Part shown: positions 43,513-62,312 of the stretch, piece after piece
Numbering within the stretch: position 1 is the stretch's first letter
Layout: every line of letters starts with the position of its first letter
Origin: the human T2T-CHM13v2.0 reference genome, Homo sapiens
Length of the DNA stretch: 64,000 nt
Direction: 5' to 3' (one strand)
NCBI RefSeq assembly: GCF_009914755.1
Contig: NC_060936.1
Notes under the pieces: model-generated
Database searches by the model: none
Told to the model about the DNA's origin: nothing
Seen by the model: only the letters and a program-made list of their open reading frames with translations
Position numbers and translations under genes: made by a program

Positions 43513-43600
43513 CAGACTTCGCCATGCACAATATGTCCATGTAACAAAGCTGCATTTGTACCCCCTAAATCTATAACTCAAGAAAATAAATAAAAATAAT
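43513..43600 (+). mobile_element. Short L1P 3' tail
   Basis: caatatgtccatgtaacaaagctgcatttgtaccccctaaatctata followed by an A-rich tail. Confidence 0.7.
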
Positions 43601-45057
43601 TTTGCAGAAGGAGTTGTCAATAGAAGAAAAATAGTCATTCATGTAGATTAGCCATTGTAATCTGTGATAAAGGAAAGAAAAATTTTTAAAAATAGGATTT
43701 TCTATAAAAGTTCTCACCATGCTTCAATCAAAATATAAATTATTTCTATGAGTAAAATATAAGAATATCCAGAGAATTTATTATATAAATGATTTAGTTA
43801 CTTTCAGAGAACTTTGGTGAACTCTTTTGGTAAAATATTAAATATTAAATATATATAATTTTAACTCCTCTTCCTATAATACTTATAAATCTTCTAAATG
43901 TACTTTAATAGATTAAAATACCTCTTTGAAAAATAATTTAATAGCCGATCATAAAATCTTTAGGGCATATTCCTATTATGTGGTATTCTGGAATCAACAT
44001 AGATTTTAATTGTAAGTAATAATTCTGCAGAATCTCAACTTTAATTTATTATGAATATACAATCAGATCCATTTTTAAAGTGCCTGTAGTGGTTATAATT
44101 AATGTTAAGTGAAAAAAATGCATAAATTTCACGTTTTGCTGATTAATGTTTCCCTGACTGTAAGCACTTGAAAAGACTGTCTAGTTACAGAAGAAAAGCT
44201 AGAACAAGTTATTTTCCTTCCAGATGAGTGCTCCTTAACACAGAGACATAGCTCCCCTGGGAAGGTTAATGCTGCCGCCAATCTTCTGGAGACCCAGAGA
44301 GGGGAAAGGGAAGAATCCCAAGCCAAAGAGGTTTGCAATTTCCTACAAAGCCAAAGTTTAATGAATACTAATGACAGAACAGGGATGGATCCTTGGAAAA
44401 CTAGCTCATTTCTTATCTTGCCAAAAGAGATAGAATGCAGTACCAACTTACTGGGGTCCATGGAGAAGCAACAGAAGCTACCTTGGACCTGTACACGTCC
44501 TGTTGCCTCGGGCTATCCTGGAGATTGGCCTTCAGACTCACCTTCTTAGAGAGCCATCTTCATTCTTTCTGGAATGACTAAGCAAGTATCAACCCTAATC
44601 TAACTGAGATTGAACAGGCTATTAGGCTACACAGTCACAGGGAGGATGTTTAGGGTTCCCTAGAAAAAGTAAATAATTTTGAAAAAGATTTCTAAGAATC
44701 AATTTCAATTTTATTTTCTAAATAAATTTGGCAATTAAATGCAAACTGATGTACCTTAAACAGTTGCAGTAGCTAGCTTTTGTAATTGCTAAAGTCTGTA
44801 GAATTGAAATACCTTTGGACCAAGAAAAGAAAGATCCTTGATTTATTCCCATACATAATGAAGATCTTAATGTAATGCAAATTAGTTATTTAAGACCTGG
44901 TTCAACATCTACCTCTCAAAACAAGTCTTCCAAAAAAATAAAAATAACCCCCCCAACCCAAATTACCATGATTATTTCCATATAATGCAAAATTAATCAT
45001 TTATTTATGTACTCATTTTTACACTTGTTAATCATGTGTTAAAAAGAAATGATTGCT

Positions 45058-45372
<315 letters not shown>

Positions 45373-46416
45373 AAATGATTGCTAACCAATTAGAGTGCAA
45401 AAATTTAAAGTAAAGGGTCAATATTTTTTATTTTTTATAAAGTGCTAAGAATAGTACTAAGTGTACAACAGACATTACTAATATGCTTTCTCTATAAGCC
45501 TTTATCTTTACTTCATATTTTTCACATTTTAATGAGTAATTATATGTATAAAGCTGTATTCATCCATCTGTTTTTTCCAGAAAAACATCTATCTTTGATA
45601 AAAAGTAAAAATCGTTTAACTTTATTGTGTTAGATGAGAACAGTCTAATTAGAAACCAGTCTCTTGTTAAGAATTTAAAAGATCAAGAAACCTGTTCTAT
45701 TTGCTGTAGAAGAATATACGTATATATGTGTGTGTATATGTGCATACATATACATATATGATATATAAAAATATGTTACATATGTTTTATATATGTTTAA
45801 GGGTTGTATATAAATGCCTTCCAACTTACATACAAAGAAACAAATGTATGTCTAATAAACATAAATAGAAAAGGAAGGGAGAAAAAAAGAACAAAATACA
45901 AACATTTGCAATTTCTATGGTTAAAATGATATTTCCATTTTTGACAAAACTATGGAATTCTAGGGAGCAAAAACACTTGAAGTAAAATAATTTATATTGC
46001 ACTTTAAATAATTTAACCAGGAAGTTGAATATATATTAATATTTATTTTGCATATTTTGCCCTATTTCATTAACACTGATTTTCCTTCACAAGCCTTTCT
46101 TTAAATACCTTTTTCCTTTAGATTAGTTATAAATTAACAGTACAACGGAGGGCGGTTCCAAGATGGCCAAATAGGAACAGCTCCAGTCTACAGCTCCCAG
46201 CATGAGCAATGCAGAAGACGGATGATTTCTGCATTTCCAACTGAGGTACTGGGTTCATCTCACTGGGGATTGTCAGACAGTGGGTGCAGGACAGTGGTAC
46301 AGTGCACCAAGTGTGAGCCGAAGCAGGGCGAGGCATCACCTCACCCGGGAAGCGCAAGGGGTCAAGGAATTCCCTTTCCTAGCCAAGGAAAGGGGTGACA
46401 GACAGCACCTGGAAAA

Positions 46417-46590
46417 TCAGGTCACTCCCACCCTAATACTGCACTTTCTTAGCAAACGGCACACCCAGAGATTATATCCTTCACCTGGCTCGAAGGGTTC
46501 TACGCCCATGGAGCCTTGCTCATTGCTAGCACAGCAGTCTGAGATCAAACTGCAAAGTGGCAATGAGGCTGGGAGAGGGGCGCCCGCCAT
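46417..46590 (-). CDS. L1 ORF0 (antisense 5' UTR ORF), 57 aa, prematurely terminated
   Basis: MAGAPLPASLPLCSLISDCCASNEQGSMGVEPFEPG... matches the primate L1 ORF0 N-terminus; expression unknown. Confidence 0.6.
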   Translation of the reverse strand: MAGAPLPASLPLCSLISDCCASNEQGSMGVEPFEPGEGYNLWVCRLLRKCSIRVGVT

Positions 46591-47158
46591 TGCTGAGGCT
46601 TGAACAGGTAAACAAAGCAGCGGGGAAGCTAGAACTGGGTGGAGCCCACTGCAGCTCAAGGAGGCCCTGCCTGCCTCTGTAGACTCCACCTCTGGGGGCA
46701 AGGAATAGCCAAACAAAAGGCAGCAGAAACCTCTGCAGACTTTAATGTCCCTGTCTGACAGCTTGGAAGACAGTACTGGTTCTCCCAGCATGCAGCTTGA
46801 GATCTGAGAACGGACAGACTGCCTCCTCAAGTGAGTCCCTGACCCCTGAGTAGCCTAACTGGGAGGCACCCCCTAGTACGGGCAGACTGACACCTCACAC
46901 GGCCGGGTACCCCTCTGAGACAAAACTTCCAGAGGAATGATCAGGCAGCAATATTTGCTGTTCACCAATATTCGATATTCTGCAGCCTCCACGCTCCAGG
47001 CAAACAGGGTTGGAGGGAACTCTGGCAAATTCCAACAGACCTGCAGCTGAGGGTCCTGACTGTTAGAAGGAAAACTAACAAACAGAAAGGACACCCACAC
47101 CAAAACCCCATCTGTACATCACCATCATCAAAGACCAAAGGTATATAAAACCACAAAG

Positions 47159-48175
47159 ATGGGGAAAAAAGCAGAGCAGAAAAACTGAAAATTCTAAAAA
47201 TCAGAGCTCCTTTCCTCCTCCAAAGGAACGCAGCTCCTCACCAGCAACGGAACAAAGATGGATGGAGAATGACTTTGACGAGTTGAGAGAAGAAGGCTTC
47301 AGATGATCAAACTTCCCGAGGTAAAGGAGGAAGTTCGAACCCATGGCAAAAAAGTTAAAAACCTTGAAAAAAGATTAGATGAATGGCTAACTAGAATAAC
47401 CAATGCAGAGAAATCCTTAAAGGACCTGATGGACCTGAAAACCTTGGCACGAGAACTACGTGACAAATGCACAAGCTTCAGTAGCTGATTCGATCAACTG
47501 GAAGAAAGGGTATCAGCGATGGAAGATGAAATGAATGAAATGAAGTGAGAAGAGAAGTTCAGAGAAAAAAGAATAAAAAGAAAATAACAAAGCCTCCAAG
47601 AAATATGGGACTATGTGAAAAGACCAAATCTACGTCCCATTGGTGTACCTGAAAGTGATGGGGAGAAAGGAACCAAGTTGGAAAACACTCTGCAGGATAT
47701 TATCCAGGAGAACTTCCCCAATCTAGCAAGGCAGGCCAACATTCAAATTCAGGAAATACAGAGAACGCCACAAAGATACTCCTCGAGAAGAGCAACTCCA
47801 AGACACATAATCGTCAGATTCACCAAAGTTGAAATGAAAGAAAAAATGTTAAGTGCAGCCAGAGAGAAAGGTCGGGTTACCCACAAAGGGAATCCCATCA
47901 GACTAACAGTGGATCTCTCGGCAGAAACTCTACAAGCCAGATGAGAGTGGGGGCCAATATTCAACATTCTTAAAGAAAAGAATTTTCAACCCAGAATTTC
48001 ATATCCAGCCAAACTAAGCTTCATAAGTGAAGGAGAAATAAAATACTTTACAGACAAGCAAATGCTGACAGATTTTGTCACCACCAGGCCTGCACTAAAA
48101 GAGCTCCTGAAGGAAGCACTAAACATGGAAAGGAACAACCAGTAACAGCCACTGCAAAAACATGCCAAATTGTAA
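47159..48175 (+). pseudogene. L1 ORF1p, disrupted
   Basis: ATG GGG AAA AAA start; fragments KRPNLR.IGVPESDGE.GTKLENTLQDIIQENFPNLARQANIQIQEIQRTPQRYSSRRATPRHIIVRF; frameshift and multiple stops. Confidence 0.9.
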
Positions 48176-48238
48176 AGACCATCGAGGCTAGGAAGAAACT
48201 GCATCAACTAACGAGCAAAATAACCAGCTAACATCATA

Positions 48239-52051
<3,813 letters not shown>

Positions 52052-52654
52052 ACAATGAGAACACATGGACACAGGAAGGGGAACATCACACACCGGGGCC
52101 TGTTGTCGGGTGGGGGCAGGGGGGAGGGATAGCATTAGGAGATATACCTAATGTAAATGATGAGTTAATGGGTACAGCACACCAACATGGCACATGTATA
52201 CATATGTAACAAACCTGCACGTTGTGCACATGTACCCTAAAACTTCAAGTGTAATAAAAATAAACGTGAAAAAAATTTACGGTACATCAAAAGGAAGACT
52301 CTTTTTCTAACCCAGAGTTGTTTCATTACTCAGAGCTTCTCAAATAATTTGACAGATACAGCAAAAAATTATTTCTAAAATGTTTTCTATCACATTAATC
52401 ATCAGAATGATTAAACAATATGTTAAGATATTTCCAAAATGCTTCCCACATTTGTAACACGTAACACTCAGTGTTAGCATAAACTTAACTTTTAGGTCTT
52501 TCAGGTGTTAGTCTGAAAGTTCCTATTTCTTTGCTCACTTCTATATTTAACATAATTTAAATTTTTGATTATGGAAAACTACATTTGCATGTGCCCTCTA
52601 AGTAGTTTGATTGTGTTGAAATATAGATGCTTAAGTAGTTCTATATCATAGCAG

Positions 52655-53970
<1,316 letters not shown>

Positions 53971-56019
53971 CTTATGCTATTTTGCAAGGATTACAAGAAA
54001 TTGAAATCAAAGGTTTATATAAAATATGGTTTGCACACAATATTGTATACTTTCTATAATTTTATTAACTTTTAATAAATTGTAGTCTGAACTGACTCTA
54101 TGTGTACACTTGACACTAATTATTTTGGAAACTTTCCTAGCAGTTACCCTTTATCATCTTTGGGGCATATACAAAATGTTAACCATTCTACATCACCAAG
54201 CTTCTCCAGCATGTTTATCCTAGTGTTCTGTGCTTTTTCTCTTTTACCTACTTTCCACTATATCTTCCCCTCAGACTTTTCACTGTGCCTTTGAAACCTC
54301 TATTTTACATAAAACAATCTTTCCTATTTTATCACTTTGTTGAAGGAGCCCATCATCACTTTACCTCAACGAAAATAGATTTAAATGGCTTCATAGGTTG
54401 CACCAATAGGATGCTTTTCCAAATTCCTCAGCTCACTTAACTTCAGAAAGCAGTGTTAGCACCTTTCTTGAAAACCATTAGAATTTCCAACCCATTACTC
54501 CTCCATTCTAAAGTAGAACCATCTCTACTTTGGTGCTCACACCATCTGACTATTCCTCCTGTTACTCCTCCCCATCATTAATAACTAAAAATGGCATGGT
54601 CTTTTTAACATGTAAATGAAGTTAGTTAATGAAATGACTTCAATTCAAACAAGCAACTACAATCAAGTAACAGATCCCAAATAAATAATACCTTCATCTT
54701 TCATCAATCTTGTTATTAAACAGGCTTTGTCATATATTCCCTCTACATGTCTGGACTTCAGCTTGAGCAGATTCATAACTTTCCAGTCACTTAGAGTTAC
54801 AGGAATAAATCTCATTGTGGATATCCAGACCATTTTCAAGTTCAGAATATCCAGTACAGCCCACCACCAAAATTTAAGTTACTTATTTAACAGAGAACTT
54901 TTCTGATCACCCCACCTTGAACTACTAGAAAAGAGGAAGATGATCCACTTTTTCACCTGCATTCTATCTGCTTCATAGGTCTTTCTTCTAGGTTGGGGCA
55001 GGGATATGAAAGTGGGTTACAGGAAAAAAAGCAAAGTTTTATAAGACTGGTGACTTCTATGTTCCAGGTGCCAAAATACTGGACTTCTAAATTGGGACTC
55101 ATTAGAGGATTCTTTGGAGGTCCTCCCATGGGGACATCCCATGCTACACAGATCATTGACATAGGCAATTGCTATTTGCTTTCTGACTAACCATTTGCCT
55201 CCTGCCACCACCTCACGTTTCAGTTTATATTCTTGGCAAAACAGCTGACATCCTATTAATTCTTAATACTGGATCCCATTGCCCTAGCAGGCAGTCATCA
55301 TATAAAGGGTTCTATTATCCTTCTACTTCATCAGTCTGGCCCATGGGAAGCTCATGTACCTTTGACACACCAAATTCTTGTTGTAAAGACCACTCTTACT
55401 GCTATTCTTTCTCACTGGCCTAATTTAGGTTAGCTTAACCAGACTTCTACCTCCCAAATTTACTGGAGAAGAAACAAACATCTGATTCAGTGGTCTTGCA
55501 TGTCCGCAAACTCCAAGGAATGCACATTAATTTATTTCTTCTCTTACCTTACATCTAACCCATGGAAGTACTTGATATATTGCTGAAAAAATATCAAAAT
55601 ATGAAAATACCACTGCTTCTTTCTATGAGTCATTGCTTTGGGTCCACCCTCATTTGGCTAAGGAGAAGCACACACTTCCCTCCACAGAGTAAAAACCCTG
55701 CAGTACTCCCTACCAGCTGACAGCTCTCTGCTAATGAGTCATCTGGTCTTCTCTAAGAGAGAATAATAGTGGTGATTCATAGTGGCAGGACTGATGCTGC
55801 CATTATTACAAGTCTGTGGTGAATATGTCTAACACTTCTCCAAAGAATGTGGGGATACTTATCATCAATGGCACTATGTTTTGGGGTTTTAAAGATAACT
55901 ATGATTCAACAATGGAAACCTCATTTCACATTTTTTAACTCCTGCATTTTTTGAAGTTTTCAATTACTGGTTCACACTATTACAATCTGAGACCTGTTAT
56001 CATCATCATTCTTGTTTAA

Positions 56020-57400
56020 TTTATGTTTATTAAATACTTATTGAAGGCATACTATGTGCCAGCGTTGGTGGTCCAGCATTAAACCAGACAGAAATTTCTG
56101 CTCTCATAAGGTTTCTATTCCAATGATGTTAAACAATGTAACTAAGACATACGGCATTCTAAATTTGTCCCTTTGATTTTCTCTACTGTTATTTCTTCCA
56201 GTGGTCAACATTTAAAGGTTTCCCTGGGTCCTATTTCTTTCCCTACCATAAAATTCTATTAATACTGATTTTGTAAGTTTTTTTTCATTTGCTATTGTCA
56301 TTTTTACTACCACTACTATAGTCTGAAGTTCACCTTTGTAATTTTATTCCAGAATTATTATAATACCCTCAATCTCCTTTTTCCATGCAGTATGCTGCTA
56401 GAGTTATCATTGTGAGCACACAAATATGTCCATGTAAATCGTGTGCTCATTAACATCTGTTCTAATTCATTCATTCAACCAATAGTTATTGAGGAACTCA
56501 TATGCCAAGTATTATAAATCTTTATTCTATAATAGTGAAAGAAAGAGACAAGGCTTGTAACTATGTAAAGTTTATATTCTAGTAGAAAAATATAAACAAT
56601 CATCCTATAGGATCAGAAAAAATAATATTGAGTGTTCATGGAAAACTCTGTTAAAGTGACAATAAAACAAAGACCTAAAGAAAGTGAGGCAGTAAGCCAT
56701 GAGGATATCTGAGGGGACAGCATGGCACAAAGAAGGAAAAATGACAAGCGTATTGTCCCTTACCAGTAATAAACTTGTCTGGGTAAAGGGGACAGCAATG
56801 GCTAGTGCAGCCTAAGTGGATAAGCTATGGAGAAAAAGGTAGAAGGTGAGTTCCTAGAATCATCGTAAGGGAAGGAAGTAATGAAGAGTCTCAGAAACCA
56901 CTCCATGAGCTTTGGGAATTTTATTGTGATGGGAAGCTAACATAGCTTTAAGGCTAAATGTAACATATTGCAATTTACATTTCATAAAACCTGTCCTTGG
57001 TTCATAGAGACTGGACAGATGAGAAAGAATGGTGGCTTTAAACACAGTGGTAGTTTTGGAGGATTCTAAATAAATTGTGAAGACAAAGCCGAATTATGAC
57101 TTTAAGTGTTTGGCTTTTGAGAAGGGTAGCATGAAGTAGCCCTTAACTGAGAGGGGAAAATAGCAGGAGGTTTGTAAGAGTGATAGAGGGAATCAGAAGT
57201 TCAATTTTTAACTTGTTATGTTTTAAATTCCTATCAGATATACAAGTGGACATGTCAAATGTTTAGTCATATACACAAATCTGAAGTTCAAGGGAGTGAT
57301 CTAACCTGGAAATATAAATTTTTCAGTTATTATTATTTAAGTAGAACTTATGCTGTGAAATAGATTGGGCCATCAAGGGCCTGAATGTAGATAGAAAACA
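56020..57400 (-). mobile_element. L2 fragments
   Basis: tacttattgaaggcatactatgtgccag; attcattcattcaaccaatagttattgag; aagtggacatgtcaa. Confidence 0.6.
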
Positions 57401-59210
57401 TTGCAGGGCCCACAAAAATGATTCATCCAACACTGTGGCCTCCCGGTTCCTTAATATCATCAATTCCAATTAGCCTCAGTCCCTCTTTATTTCATCACCC
57501 ATGTCTATGACCACAATCTGGAATTTACTAGTACCTGGAAATATTTTGGTTCTGAAATGCTTAAACCAAGCACACAGGTAATGACAAAACACACTCAAAT
57601 CTTATCTCCTTAAAATAATTGTGCCTCAATCCCATCTCCTCTATTGGCTATTGCTTCCTCTGACTTCCTGCATAACCAAGCTCTTAAAATAGTTCTCTAC
57701 AGTCACTGAATACAGTTGTTAGTCTTCCATTTAATCTCTCAGGCCCCTGGAAACTTGATTTTACCTAAATTACTCTACTACAATTACTCTCACCAAGATA
57801 ATTTCTTCTTGTTAAATACAATGAACATAGTTTGTGAACTCTCAACATCATGAAACTGCTAATAACCCTCTTGCCATCCTCTCTTTAACTTGGCATTAAT
57901 GATTCTCACATTTCTGGTATCCCATCCTTGGACCCATCTCTGTTTTGTCTTTTTTGAGGCACATTCTTCCTCTGACCTTTACTTAAGTGCTTTTCTTTCT
58001 CAGGCTTTATTCTGAACTCTCTTATCTTATAACTCTATATACATGTTTTTTGGGAGGATGATGTCATCAACTCCAATAGCTTTAATTAAGTCTTCTACAT
58101 GTCCAAATAAATAGCTTTAAATGAGACCTCACCTTTAAATTTCCAAATCATTCATATATTCCCAACTCAGCTCAACTTAACATGTCTAAAACTGAATCCC
58201 TCATTTCCCCCTTGAAAATGCTCTATCTCGTTGGTTTCTTGTCACGATGAATGGTACCTTCATCCACTCAATTGCCAAACCAGAAAGTTCCAATATCAGC
58301 CTTGACTTCTCAATAGGCCTCAGTCTGCTTCCAAACAACCACCTATTCTTGTATGTTCACCATGTTCTCAGTATCTCATGAGTCAATCCATTCTTCTCCA
58401 TTCTTGTTGTCACCTTACAGGCTTTTATTAACCATCTAATTTTTTTAAAAAATAATGTCAAGTTTCTCCTGTGATATTGCCCTCAGTTATTGTTATAATC
58501 TAGGGAGACAGACAAAAAAAAAGTCACCATGATCATTTTCATCACTATCCTTTGGAAGAATGACTGCAAGTCTTTTCATAGGTCTCTTTGCTTTAGTCTT
58601 TTCTCTAATTCGCTCTCCAACTGGTAACAAGAAAATGTTTCTAAAGGGAAGATCTCGTTGACTCTTCTGTTTAAAGACTTCAATGCTTCCCTTTGGTCTT
58701 TAGTATAAAGTACAAATTCCTTCTATGTAATTTATCATATTCTTGCCCAGGCTTAACTTTCTAGCCTTCTATCTCACCTTTATCTGCCATGCCCAGGTTA
58801 TTTTATACTTTACTACATGACGTTATTTTCTCATTTTTTACTTATGCAGATGCTGTTTCCTCTGCTGAATATACCATGGTCCCCCCATCACTTGGCGAAC
58901 TTCAATTCATTCTACAATTGGCAAGAAATAAATTATTATTTTCTATTTGCCTTGCTTGTTTCTCCAGCCCCTTTCTATTCCCATCAATTGCATTATGTGA
59001 TACTCTTACTTGCTTTCATCTCATCTTGTGCTTACATGATATTATAATTGGTTTTTGCCAAACTGTTCATTCAAGTATATTGTAAGATTCTGAAATGAGT
59101 AACTGTGTATTGATTATCAGTGTCTCCAAAACCTAACCAAATGCTATAGTACAGCCTAGCACATAGTGTACACTCAAATATATATTGAATTTGAAATAAA
59201 CAAATAGGAA
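57400..59210 (+). mobile_element. L2 fragments ending at an L2 3' terminus
   Basis: caacttaacatgtctaaaactgaa; tgaatggtacctcatccactcaattgccaaaccagaaa; cctagcacatagtgtacactcaaatatatattgaat. Confidence 0.6.
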
Positions 59211-59228
59211 AATGAAAGGAAATAATAT

Positions 59229-59269
59229 AACAATATAAGGTTGAAATACAACAATATAAGGTTGAAATA
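59229..59269. repeat. 21-bp-period tandem duplication
   Basis: aacaatataaggttgaaata at 59229 and 59250. Confidence 0.9.
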
Positions 59270-60969
59270 ATTTAAATTAGGACACGATTCAGATTAATAT
59301 TATTTTATTATCTTATCTGTTGAAGTAAATGAGTAGAACATTGTCACTTTTGAATAATCAAATTAAAATCAGTTTTGTAGATTTTTAAACTCTAAGACCA
59401 TTTACAATTTAAAATATATATAATTTGGTCTAAACAGCACACTCAGAAAATTGAAATTGTTTTAAATTCTGTGGTGTGTTTATCTAAATTGCTAAGGACC
59501 ATCAGGAAGACAATTAAAATGAGAACAGAAAGTACAATTCTGTTTCCTCAGTGGGGAAAAAAAACCTAATAGAGCTTAAGAATGTTCAGGACAGTGTGCA
59601 TATCAAGCCCAAGGATATGAATTAGATGGGTAATCACTTATTCATCACACTCTAGAAATAAAGAGAACCATTAGCATTTAGGAAAAAAACTAAACTTAGA
59701 ACATTTAAAAGTATTAAGTTCTATAGGGAGCAAAATGTATAGATCTTATTATTCCAAAGAAATAAATAGAAAGAAAACAAGGAAGAAACTGAATACCTTC
59801 AGTGGTATTCTTGCTATAATTACTATATGAGGCAATGAAGTAGATTTAATTTAAATCCTGATAATAACATTTTGTAACATACAATGAAACATCTTCATAT
59901 TTGACCAATGTATGTTACAACGAAACATGCTCTGGAATGTCTCATGTAGTCTCTTTATTAGATTTTTGTCAATATCAGCCCTTAAAAAACATCAGAAATA
60001 ATAAGAAAGTAAATAGCTACATAACAATCAAAATATTTTCCTAAACCAAATTGCAAAGAGAAACACCTTTCATTGTGTATATACAGACTCTGCTTGAGTC
60101 TGTTATCACTAAACTTAACTCGTATGGCCAAGCTGATCCACTAAATCCTACCTGTTGACTTACACCTAGTCCACAGTCTACAGACAATTCTGGCACCAGG
60201 GCAGGGGTTGTCTTAAAAATTACACCTCTCTCCTACTGGCTCATGGGTTCAACACAAGAAGGGATCCTTCACACTGCTGGTTACACACTGACCTGCACAA
60301 CTACAGCTCTCCAGATAGCAGGTTCATGCTTTACAGATACATAACAGAGTTCATGCATTGCACCCCAGTACTTCAGTATTCAAAGTCCTCTTGGCCATAG
60401 GTACCAGACATGGATATACTTTACCCTGGCCTTGCCAGGGGTTGGCTGACAATGTGGGGCACTTTGATTCTTTACAGTTCCCAAGTTTTTTACATTTTAA
60501 TATTGCTCATATTTAAAACATAAAACACTATGACAAAGTGGTATATTTACAAAGCACTATTTAATTTAATAACGAATTTTGCACTTTCAATTTTGATTAT
60601 CTAGTTTCTTTTCCTTTGTACTTCTATGTAAATATAAATTCTATGCTCTTATGCTGGAGGTTAATCTGTGATCAAATTTTTATGAATGGAAACATATGCC
60701 AAATATAGAATATCTTTTGATATAATTTTCAAAGACAGCTTTAAGTTAATATTTAACAGATACTATTTTTTTCTCCAATGATAAAAGCATTTATTTTCTA
60801 AAATAATTATGTGATTTGGAAAAATCTGCAAGTTGTGTTTGCTGCTACAATTAATTTACAGTTTCTGAATTAAAATCCTTTTCAGAAACAGGCCATTTGT
60901 AAAATTTTGAATCACCCTTGAAAATCATGAATGAGTGATTTTCTTTTTCTTTATTAACATTAAAACTGA

Positions 60970-61011
60970 GAATTTTCAATAAAATCTATTGAATTTTCAA
61001 TAAAATCTATT
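60970..61011. repeat. Perfect 21-bp tandem duplication
   Basis: gaattttcaataaaatctatt x2. Confidence 0.92.
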
Positions 61012-61488
61012 TAACACTTATTGTTAAAAATATTAATACAAAATTCTCCTAGAGTTCTCAAATTTATTCTTACCAGATATGCAAATTTACTTATAATGAC
61101 ATTTGCAAATTTGACACAACCTTCTATATATGCCTTACCATTTGAAATAACAAACTTCACTCTTTTTTCTAATGCTTCAGAAATAACATTTATGTGTACC
61201 CACAGCAAAATTTGCAATTTTAAACATACCATTAACATTTCAATATACCTCTGAGATTTCTATTACACTGGCAAAGAAATTACTTGACAGCTATGCATCC
61301 TTATGAGAGATCATTCACTCAATACTTGATGTATTCTGTTCAATAAATGAAAAAATATAAGACTTTGAAGTTCTTACCAATGAAAACATCATCATAGAAT
61401 GGTTTCTAGAAAAAGCATAGCTTTTGAAGTAGACAATAGTATTTTGATGATCTATTAAAATGACATTTTTTAGAGAAAGGAAAAAATA

Positions 61489-61742
61489 CACTTTGGGAGG
61501 CCAAGGCAGGCAGATCACTTGAAGTCAGGAGTTCAAGACCAGCCTGACCAACACGGTGAAACCCTGTATCTACTAGAAATACAAAAATTAGTTGGGCATG
61601 CTGGCGCATGCCTGTGATCTCAGCTACTCGCTAGGCTGAAGCAGGAGAACCCTTTGAACCCAAAAGGCAGAGGCTGCAGTGAGATCAGGCTACTGCACTC
61701 CCATCTGGGTGACAGACAGAACAAGACTCCGTCTCAAAAAAA
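61489..61742 (+). mobile_element. 5'-truncated old Alu (S/J)
   Basis: Starts at cactttgggaggcc; gatcacttgaagtcaggagttcaagacc; ends ...ctccgtctcaaaaa. Confidence 0.88.
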
Positions 61743-62258
61743 TTTTTTTTTAATTTTAAAAAGGAGAAAATTATTTTAAAAACTTGAAATTGATTTAGAT
61801 TATGTATAATTTAATCTGACTTTCAGTTTTCTAACTTGGAGGCAAAAACAATAGCTTCATTCATTGCTTTATTCTTAAATAATGGAAGTAACCCTAGATA
61901 CTATTGGGCTAAATACCTAGATACCTTAGATACTTAGGGCTAAAGAAAATGACTGTTACATAGCTCCCGGCAGTATGTTCTAGATAGCTCCTTAACAATG
62001 GGAGACACTAAATTAATGTGTACTACTGAACCCCTAGATTAGCTAAGCCCTTATGCACTCTGAAATGTTCATAATGTTTTCCACTCTACAAAATGTTATA
62101 AAATAAGCACAATCATTGAAACTTCAGAAAACGTAAGTATAAAATAACCATCATGGTATAGCACAGCCAAGAAAGAACTATCCTCTTCACAATATTATAA
62201 GTTGTTTTAAAAGAAAAAAATCTATCTATCTAAGTATACATATATAGATTGATATACT

Positions 62259-62268
62259 ATACACACAT

Positions 62269-62303
<35 letters not shown>

Positions 62304-62312
62304 GAGAGAGAG
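62259..62312. repeat. (CA)n(TA)n(GA)n compound microsatellite
   Basis: Read directly from the sequence. Confidence 0.9.
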
